Positions 61,001-64,000 of a stretch of DNA of 64,000 nucleotides are shown piece after piece; the first letter of the stretch is position 1; each line of letters starts with the position of its first letter. The position numbers were made by a program, and so were the translations under genes. Where the stretch lies: NCBI GenBank assembly GCA_951804945.1, contig OX638154.1, forward strand, positions 43,772,001-43,836,000, given 5' to 3'. Source of the stretch: Podarcis cretensis (lineage: Eukaryota). The notes under the pieces were generated by a model. That model searched no databases. It saw only the letters and a program-made list of their open reading frames with translations, and was not told where the DNA came from.

Positions 61001-63139
61001 AGGAACTCCCCTAGGGTTACCGCTCGGGAGTGTGCCTTAGGCCCTCACCTCCCCAGGCTTTGGACAGGGCCACACACCCCGGAATCCTTTATCGGACTAC
61101 CCTTCAATATGTGGGGCAGGTGATGGCGCTACCTCTCCTCTTCCATCTACAGAACAATACCAATGCCTAACCGCCAATACCCAGAAAATTGCGGCGATTT
61201 GCTATGAGGTAGGTGAAAAACCAAGTGGCTGGTGCCAATTTGCCAAGTGGAAAAAATTCCTACCGGGCCCCTCAACAGTGAAGGTCCATAGCAAGGTCAA
61301 AGAACGTAAACCTTATAGGGTGGGAGGGCCCACAACCCCACCTCCTCCGTAGGGCGGAAATGGCTTTCCCAGCATGGAGGCTTCTTACCGACCTTTTGGG
61401 TGACAATTCCCATTGGACCCAGGCAGCATGACCAAAGGCCTTAGAGTGTGGCAGGTGAGAAAACGGTGGAGGCAACGTGCAAGGAATGAAATATAAAATA
61501 ACAGCAAGTGCTTATGGAGAGTGATCTACATTTCTATCACATCCCGACTCTAATGTGTGTGCTGGTGGGGGCATGATATGTTCTAGGTGCGCAGACATCG
61601 CAGCATCCATGAGGTGGACATATCTGATCTGGAAGCAGCGTTACGCTCTGAGGACTCTGGAAGGATGTATGAGACTCCTCGGGAGGAGATTGCACGTCTG
61701 CGCAAAATGGAGCTGGAGCCAGAGCATTATAATGTGGACATCAGCAAGGAGGTGAAGTCCATGCTTCCTCTGTGCCTTGGCCTACAAATCATCACTATCG
61801 TAAATTTATTATTTATACCCTGTCCATTTGGCTGGGTTTCCCCAGCCACCACCAAAAATAGGATCCTCCTCCTTCACATGAATTTACAGTGTGGTTTAGG
61901 TGCCTGGTTTGAAATTCACAGACGTACATGTAAAGATGGAGCAAGATCTCAGGGCATGGTCCGAGGGCAGTGGAGTCTTTTCCCTTAGGACGAATGGGGC
62001 ATTGCTCCATCCATCTTAGTCTGACCTCAGCCAGCCTCCACCTGTCTTCCTGCTTACAACCAGTCCAGGCAGCGGGTGCTGCCTTGTCAGCTTCCTCCTC
62101 CTTAGTCTCAGTATTTCACTTACAGAACTCAGCAGGCAGAAGGATGGGGACAAAAGCAGAATTAAGTTGGCTCTGCCTGTCATTGGCTCCGACTCCACCT
62201 GCTGTTGGCCTCTCTGCCTTCTCTCCTACCAGCTGTCACTGTGGCACACGATGCAGCCACCTTGCTGAAGCTAGGTAGATTTGGGTCTGACTGGTGCCTG
62301 GGTGTGAGACTACCTTGGGTTCCATAATGGGGGAAAGGCAGAATATTAGTGTACTAAATAAGGAAGATAAAAAAGATGGTCCCCACTTTGTATGGGGTGT
62401 GCGCCCTGGCTAAATGATTACGCTGTATGTTTGCAGGGGTGGAGGGGATGAAGAATGCTGTCTTCATTGAGAGCCAGTGTGGTGTAGTGGTTAAGAGCGG
62501 TAGACTCGTAATCTGGGGAACCGGGTTTGCATCTCCACTCCTCCACATGCAACTGCTGGGTGACTTGGGCTAGTCACACTTCTCTGAAGTCTCTCAGCCT
62601 CACTCACCTCACAGAGTGTTTGTTGTGGGGGAGGAAGGGAAAGGAGAATGTTAGCCACTTTGAGACTCCTTCGGGTAGTGATAAAGCGGGATATCAAATC
62701 CAAACTACTACTACTACTACTACTACTACTCTTCTTCTTCTTCTTCTTCTTCTTCTTCTTCTTCTTCTTCTTCTTCTTCCTCTTCATGTCAAGATGCCAG
62801 GACAGACAAGGGGACAATCTGGAGAGAATTATGTAGCCCAATTCAGAGTTAGGGTGCTTTGTGTGAGATCTGATCTAGAACTTATATTAGAAATAGATGT
62901 GGGTAGTATCATGGCCAAGGGTTGGATGCTCGAGAAAGGTTATTATGTCAGTTAATCTTCATTGCCACTTTTTCAGCTCACAGTCTGTCTTGTTCTGCTC
63001 TTCAGCTTTCCACCCCAGACAAAGTCCTCATCCCAGAAAGGTACATTGAGCTGGAACCTGATACTCCACTGAGCCCAGAGGAGATGAAGGAGAAGCAAAA
63101 GAAAGTGGAGAGGATAAAGACGCTGATTGCCAAATCCAG
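7972..63139 (+). CDS. PLEKHA6: Pleckstrin homology domain-containing family A member 6 (PEPP3); spliced partial CDS, 23 exons, incomplete at both ends
   Basis: Exons join in frame with GT-AG sites and consistent phases. Peptides such as KRNPNAAVTKSGWLFKQASSGVKQWNKRWFVLVDRCLFYYKDEKEESILGSIPLLSFRV, QRKSSMTQLQQWVNLRRG and LSTPDKVLIPERYIELEPDTPLSPEE closely match mammalian PLEKHA6 as recalled. Confidence 0.96.
8970..9084 (+). CDS. PLEKHA6: PLEKHA6 exon (SALDMSSKSGSKRPAAVNSESSNHTMVSDLPQERPNGR); ATG at 8983 corresponds to the short-isoform start
   Basis: Acceptor ctattgcag, donor AGG|gtatgc. Resembles the human N-terminus MSNKTGGKRPA. Confidence 0.92.
9391..9520. mobile_element. Palindromic non-autonomous hAT-type MITE (abundant squamate family)
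   Basis: Inverted arms ctccagatattgttgga and tccaacaacttttggag. 8-bp TSD gtttaaat/gtttgaat. Confidence 0.75.
9734..9838 (+). CDS. PLEKHA6: PLEKHA6 exon, start of PH domain (ASRSSRKGIAFGKRSNSMKRNPNAAVTKSGWLFKQ)
   Basis: Acceptor aag, donor CAG|gtatgt, 105 nt. Confidence 0.95.
10384..10456 (+). CDS. PLEKHA6: PLEKHA6 exon, PH domain (ASSGVKQWNKRWFVLVDRCLFYYK)
   Basis: Acceptor tttacag, donor AAG|gtatgt, 73 nt. Contains the PH beta1-beta2 basic motif. Confidence 0.95.
11773..11905. mobile_element. Palindromic hAT-type MITE (further copies at about 8231-8338, 9895-10030, 13445-13565, 14615-14730, 20415-20525, 30595-30695, 33995-34092, 49370-49680)
   Basis: Inverted core ttggactccaactccca...tgggagttgtagtccaa. 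Confidence 0.7.
12634..12734 (+). CDS. PLEKHA6: PLEKHA6 exon, PH domain (DEKEESILGSIPLLSFRVAAVQPSDNISRKYTFK)
   Basis: Acceptor tgcag, donor AAG|gtcagt, 101 nt. Confidence 0.95.
16861..17049 (-). mobile_element. tRNA(Ala)-like SINE (Squam2-like family)
   Basis: Reverse complement has the head agagcatctgctttgcatgcagaaggtcctgggttcaatcccc. About seven related copies occur in the window. Confidence 0.75.
18598..18810 (-). mobile_element. CR1 3'UTR fragment
   Basis: Shares cagcatcctgtt.tcacagtg and cagcaactggtattca with 19706-19900. Confidence 0.65.
19402..19587 (+). promoter_or_regulatory. Cluster of six TGCATG (RBFOX-type) motifs, candidate intronic splicing element
   Basis: TGCATG at 19402, 19406, 19463, 19481, 19495 and 19582. 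Confidence 0.45.
19706..19900 (-). mobile_element. CR1 LINE 3' fragment
   Basis: Minus strand translates GGFKRGLGKFMEERAINGY (CR1 ORF2 end), followed by CR1 3'UTR. Confidence 0.8.
20241..20356 (+). CDS. PLEKHA6: PLEKHA6 exon, end of PH domain (AEHAGIRTYFFSAENNEEQESWIQAMGEAARVQIPPAQ); alternative upstream in-frame acceptor at 20181
   Basis: Acceptor ctccccag, donor AG|gtcagt. Encodes the PH C-terminal helix with its conserved Trp. Confidence 0.94.
21330..21824 (+). CDS. PLEKHA6: PLEKHA6 exon (HEKTDSENIPPSRNH...QLQQWVNLRRGAPPPEDLH)
   Basis: Acceptor ttatcag, donor AG|gtgagg, 495 nt. Lies in ORF 21268-21828. Confidence 0.95.
22967..23790 (-). mobile_element. Solo LTR (Ty3/Gypsy- or ERV-type), 824 bp, antisense to the host gene
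   Basis: Termini TGTCAG...CTGACA, perfect 5-bp TSD atatc (22962-22966 and 23791-23795), minus-strand AATAAA at 23035-23040. GC- and CpG-rich relative to the flanks. Confidence 0.88.
23093..23752 (-). CDS. LTR-internal ORF, 219 aa from ATG; acidic, Ser-rich and probably disordered, with a C-terminal Arg-rich motif (hypothetical)
   Basis: Frame is open from the LTR edge to the stop at 23093, first ATG at 23752. Contains RRTQRRRKQRKRW. No evidence of expression. Confidence 0.35.
   Translation of the reverse strand: MESEGEESEGSVGEDDSGPRDSMSLSSESEDSQKGAPVARGRGFSRGTPQEQGGSRDSQSSSWKSGPASPPEHSGGEESQVSGPVDSPPGREDKAGLTTPPSESQTTEGRSDPASIPEEGSSDRSSVTVRRKVTGLAREASSNVQERGTAENEDWEPGPKARRRQGEELSDSASEESRKGDAPAGRRTQRRRKQRKRWSRARILNWCQRGGDSDGTSPV
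23801..24197 (+). mobile_element. 5'-truncated L1/Tx1-type LINE 3' end
   Basis: Translates as LITAIIRNQSNQKFKKEWKCFDEYMAKY, like an L1 ORF2 C-terminus. G-rich 3'UTR, AATAAA and A-rich tail from 24169. About 35-bp TSD (22937-22966 plus 23796-23800 versus 24198-24232, 31/35 identical). Confidence 0.75.
24348..24858 (+). CDS. PLEKHA6: PLEKHA6 exon (PTRFYPMSRRVPDYY...MMRRSVSSPK)
   Basis: Acceptor catctag, donor AAG|gtaacc, 511 nt. Overlaps ORF 24367-24960. Confidence 0.95.
25325..25571 (-). mobile_element. Sauria SINE, 5'-truncated
   Basis: Highly similar to 5626-5865. Perfect 12-bp TSD gtgatggggtta (25313-25324 and 25572-25583). Confidence 0.9.
26659..26745 (+). CDS. PLEKHA6: PLEKHA6 probable cassette exon (YDYLGDRRPVPAGMFPFNYPASPTVHDKM), phase 0-0
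   Basis: Acceptor ttcctcag, donor ATG|gtatgt, 87 nt, open in frame. Confidence 0.85.
27465..27597. mobile_element. Palindromic hAT-type MITE
   Basis: TIRs caggggtggggaacctgtgg and ccacaggttcccaatccctg; approximate TSD ccctaaat/ccttaaat. Confidence 0.75.
28393..28658 (-). mobile_element. RTE-clade LINE 3' end (5'-truncated) with C-terminal C2H2 finger
   Basis: Translates as WRTAFTKGIGDFEEAR...CPHCGRTCGSRIGLHSHLRTH, typical of RTE ORF ends. TSD agcagtctggac/agcaatctggac (28381-28392 and 28659-28670), 11/12 identical. Confidence 0.82.
28956..29128 (+). mobile_element. tRNA(Ala)-like SINE (Squam2-like)
   Basis: Contains tagctcagtcatagagcatctgctttgcatgcagaa and the tail ggcagcttcctgtatg. Confidence 0.7.
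29803..29910 (+). mobile_element. tRNA(Ala)-like SINE fragment
   Basis: Same head sequence; 3' part missing. Confidence 0.65.
30923..30976 (+). CDS. PLEKHA6: PLEKHA6 probable cassette exon (DELLDLQLQRNLEYLDQQ), phase 0-0
   Basis: ctaac branch point at about 30845, long AG-free U-rich tract, acceptor gatag, donor CAG|gtaggc, 54 nt. Confidence 0.82.
31061..31072 (+). CDS. PLEKHA6: Candidate 12-nt microexon (PCCQ) or alternative donor extension of the preceding exon
   Basis: Sequence reads cgcTGCcccctccccag|CCGTGCTGTCAG|gtcagt; frame-preserving. Confidence 0.45.
31211..31239. repeat. (TG)n microsatellite
   Basis: Read directly from the sequence. Confidence 0.95.
31730..31775. repeat. (GT)n microsatellite
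   Basis: Read directly from the sequence. Confidence 0.95.
32355..32660 (-). mobile_element. Degraded CR1 ORF2 fragment
   Basis: Contains tttaactatgagctgtgtgaagaagtact and tttcctcatagggg, a reverse CR1 ORF2 pattern. Confidence 0.55.
33463..33851 (+). mobile_element. L2 LINE 3' end with (AAC)n tail
   Basis: agggccttcttggtagtggcgcctgccctgtggaacgccctccc encodes the RAF.V.AP.LWN.LP motif of L2 ORF2; followed by agccgcccagag and (AAC)n. Confidence 0.8.
35254..35335. repeat. (CT)n(CA)n compound microsatellite
   Basis: Read directly from the sequence. Confidence 0.95.
35850..35915. repeat. Perfect 31-bp direct repeat with 4-nt spacer
   Basis: accaggagctagaggagcttatagagactgg occurs at 35850-35880 and 35885-35915. 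Confidence 0.95.
36323..36554 (-). mobile_element. Older Squam3-like/MIR-related tRNA SINE
   Basis: Reverse complement begins gagagccagtgtggtgtggtggttaagg and contains ggttcaaatcccc; core resembles the two copies above. Confidence 0.75.
37609..37689 (+). CDS. PLEKHA6: PLEKHA6 probable cassette exon (MSESETLISMVNRMVESSSPRAQLYMQ), phase 0-0
   Basis: Acceptor ctgccgcag, donor CAA|gtaaga, 81 nt. TGCATG lies about 50 nt downstream. Confidence 0.85.
40037..40090. repeat. (CT)n(CA)n compound microsatellite
   Basis: Read directly from the sequence. Confidence 0.95.
42158..42226 (+). CDS. PLEKHA6: PLEKHA6 exon (VSHFPEAYRESLHTYKISEQDTD)
   Basis: Acceptor ttttgcag, donor GAT|gtaaga, 69 nt. Confidence 0.92.
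43007..43087 (+). CDS. PLEKHA6: PLEKHA6 exon, coiled coil (KLLGKLCEQNKVMREQERLVQQLRAEK)
   Basis: NAGNAG acceptor aag|AAG, donor AAG|gtaagg, 81 nt. Confidence 0.93.
43864..44013 (+). CDS. PLEKHA6: PLEKHA6 exon, coiled coil (ESLESALMGTHQELEMFGSQPAYPEKLLHKKESLQNQLINIRVELSQAST)
   Basis: Acceptor cacttag, donor ACG|gtaata, 150 nt. Confidence 0.95.
45071..45166 (+). CDS. PLEKHA6: PLEKHA6 exon (ALANSTIEYENLEGEVSALHDDLWEQLNLDIQ)
   Basis: Acceptor ccccacag, donor CAG|gtgaga, 96 nt. Confidence 0.95.
45341..45581. mobile_element. Non-autonomous Tc1/mariner (Tigger-like) MITE
   Basis: 23-bp TIRs cagtggtacctcggtttaagaac and gttcgtaaaccaaggtaccactg (21/23 match). TA on the right flank, TT on the left. 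Confidence 0.85.
49723..49913 (-). mobile_element. tRNA(Ala)-like SINE (Squam2-like)
   Basis: Same family in reverse orientation, about 80 bp upstream of the exon at 49990. Confidence 0.7.
49990..50101 (+). CDS. PLEKHA6: PLEKHA6 exon (NEMLNRQIQKEIWRIQDVMEGLRKNNPSRGTDTAKHR)
   Basis: Acceptor ctttcag, donor GGG|gtaagt, 112 nt. Confidence 0.95.
50714..50853 (+). CDS. PLEKHA6: PLEKHA6 exon, Ser/Pro-rich (VSLGPSGTYSSNSPASPLSSASLTSPLSPFSLVSGSQSSPTKQGSNE)
   Basis: Acceptor ttccgcag, donor GAG|gtgagc, 140 nt. Confidence 0.95.
51455..51870 (-). mobile_element. Degraded L2-like LINE 3' end
   Basis: Reverse-oriented tail of the tttatttaacagg...aagcggtttacataa type plus remnant body. Confidence 0.5.
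52068..52247 (+). mobile_element. tRNA(Ala)-like SINE (Squam2-like)
   Basis: Head gggccatagctcattgatagagaatctgc followed by ggttcaagccc. Confidence 0.65.
53376..53525 (+). CDS. PLEKHA6: PLEKHA6 probable cassette exon, Pro-rich (EPGPPRPPLPKSYVPLESPPTVPPLPTESRLWPYPNSPSWQQSSEAKRGQ), phase 0-0
   Basis: Long pyrimidine tract, acceptor ttcag, donor CAG|gtatca, 150 nt. Contains PPRPPLP and VPPLP motifs. Confidence 0.87.
53586..53658 (+). mobile_element. Young CR1 3' terminus with (ATTCTATG)n tail
   Basis: Reads gggttggactcgatggcc...ttccaactctatgattctatgattctatg, with the CR1 octamer tail. Confidence 0.85.
56333..56462 (+). CDS. PLEKHA6: PLEKHA6 exon (SKSSFEQIKKDHHRTSASNSAVEAGLLQTRQDPDADKQVALNK)
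   Basis: Acceptor ccccacag, donor AAG|gtactg, 130 nt. Confidence 0.88.
56605..56715 (+). mobile_element. CR1 3'UTR fragment
   Basis: Contains gggcatctggttgtcaactgtgggaagcagaatgc and ggtctgatccagcaag. Confidence 0.6.
57489..57598 (+). CDS. PLEKHA6: PLEKHA6 exon (VGIVPPRTKSPMDDDTIPMSGVVRRGASNLANGLNAR)
   Basis: Acceptor ctcccag, donor CGG|gtaaga, 110 nt. Confidence 0.93.
58504..58743. mobile_element. Non-autonomous Tc1/mariner (Tigger-like) MITE, older
   Basis: Reads TA|cagtggaaccttggttg...caatcaaagctctactg|TA, with internal cgacttc/gacaac subrepeats. Confidence 0.75.
58770..58935 (-). mobile_element. MIR-like core SINE remnant
   Basis: Contains acaaccctatgaggtagg and ccccttattgcaaataagg, the reverse CORE pattern. 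Confidence 0.5.
59128..59298 (-). mobile_element. tRNA(Ala)-like SINE (Squam2-like)
   Basis: Same family in reverse orientation. Confidence 0.7.
59684..59815 (+). mobile_element. tRNA(Ala)-like SINE, internally deleted
   Basis: Contains aagggccataatagctcagtggtacagc and ttcaatccccagcatctccagg. Confidence 0.6.
60227..60412 (+). CDS. PLEKHA6: PLEKHA6 exon (DRPKSAVFSNEMKAKMSVEEQIDRMKRHQSGSMKEKRRSLQLP...SYKV)
   Basis: Acceptor ctccccag, donor GTG|gtaatg, 186 nt. Confidence 0.94.
60747..61477 (-). mobile_element. Probable solo LTR, about 730 bp
   Basis: Inverted ends GTTGCC...GGCAAC, minus-strand AATAAA near 60865-60870, raised GC and CpG. Flanks cacaa/tgcaa are only a degenerate TSD. Confidence 0.5.
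61587..61751 (+). CDS. PLEKHA6: PLEKHA6 exon (VRRHRSIHEVDISDLEAALRSEDSGRMYETPREEIARLRKMELEPEHYNVDISKE)
   Basis: Acceptor ttctag, donor GAG|gtgaag, 165 nt. Confidence 0.94.
62469..62785 (+). mobile_element. Squam3-like SINE with expanded (ACT)n(CTT)n tail
   Basis: Same sequence family as 3401-3648; tail runs from about 62704 to 62785. Confidence 0.85.
63006..63139 (+). CDS. PLEKHA6: PLEKHA6 exon (LSTPDKVLIPERYIELEPDTPLSPEEMKEKQKKVERIKTLIAKS); gene continues past the window
   Basis: Acceptor ctcttcag, donor AG|gtgcat, 134 nt. Confidence 0.95.
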
Positions 63140-63847
63140 GTGCATTGCAGACCAGAAACTTCTTTCGCCCACATCACATGTATTTGCTTTCTCATTATGC
63201 CATCCAATCACTGATCATCAATCCATGCCTGCTTATCCATGGACATTTACTGAGGAATAGCCATGCTCTGTTCACTCACTTTTAACAGGGCATCTGCATG
63301 ACATTGTAAACAAAACATCCGGCTCCCATGCTTTCCCTACTTAGCTTCTGTTTCTCCCCCACCCACAAGCCCAGATTTTTAGAATACAATAGAAAAGCTG
63401 TGCAGCTTAACCAGTTGTAGATAACCTACGACAAGGGATGTAAGAAGCTGGCAATTTCCATAAATCACCTAGCTATTTACATAAGATACATTCATGTCAT
63501 TGTAAAGGAAATGTCAAAACAATGTAAAACAAAATAATAAAATATGTATCATTTGTGGAACTATGTGAACAAATACTGATTGAATTTGCTTGACTGATTT
63601 TCATTCCTGAGCACAGATGAGCACTCGCCTGCTGCAATTTTTGTTTCCTTTTCCATATTTGTCAGAATTCCTCCCTATCACTCAGCTGTTGGTTTTTGAG
63701 GATACTCCATTCCATTTCCACCTATTTTCCATTTCTCCCCTCTCAATTAACCGGTCACTATTCTGTGGCTATTGAACATGCTTCATTCTCATGGGGCTGT
63801 TTTTGCAGTGGCCCCTCCCCAGGGAATAGTGATGTTTGTATGTGTGT

Positions 63848-64000
63848 ACGCAGGTGGCGCTGTGGGTTAAAGCCTCAGCGCCTAGGGCTTGCCGATCGAA
63901 AGGTCGGCGGTTCGAATCCCTGCGGCGGGGTGCGCTCCCGCTGCTTGGTCCCAGCGCCTGCCAACCTAGCAGTTCGAAAGCACCTCCGGGTGCAAGTAGA
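63848..64000 (+). mobile_element. Sauria SINE, 5' portion with tRNA-derived head (runs off the window)
   Basis: A box gtggcgctgtgg and B box ggttcgaatccc, then cctgccaacctagcagttcgaaagcac shared with the two truncated copies. CpG-rich, so probably young. Confidence 0.9.

Noticed and set aside
62491-62955. Poly-K, -S, -T, -L and -F ORFs
   Set aside because: These are translations of the (ACT)n(CTT)n SINE tail.
63848-63925. tRNA gene-like A and B boxes (also at about 3401, 17000, 28960 and 62470)
   Set aside because: They continue into SINE bodies and I could not see a complete cloverleaf, so they are SINE heads.

Overview
Vertebrate genomic DNA from a squamate, probably a lacertid lizard: it carries young Sauria SINEs, Squam3-like SINEs with (CTT)n tails, and CR1, L2, RTE, L1, hAT and Tc1/mariner relics. 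The window lies inside one + strand gene, PLEKHA6 (PEPP3). I traced 23 GT-AG coding exons by hand (7972-63139) with matching phases, about 3342 nt or 1113 codons. They encode the C-terminal half of a WW domain, the PH domain, Pro/Ser-rich regions and coiled coils. The first and last exons lie outside the window. Main points of interest: (1) a young antisense solo LTR (22967-23790) almost filled by an intact 219-aa ORF with a Rev-like Arg-rich motif, inserted into the TSD of an older L1 fragment; (2) candidate splicing features, namely a 12-nt PCCQ microexon, a 20-aa PH-loop insertion from a tandem acceptor, four frame-neutral cassette exons, a possible poison exon, an RBFOX motif cluster and a possible exon ending in CCQC*; (3) two Sauria SINEs truncated at almost the same nucleotide. 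Family names and paralog comparisons come from memory, not from searches.
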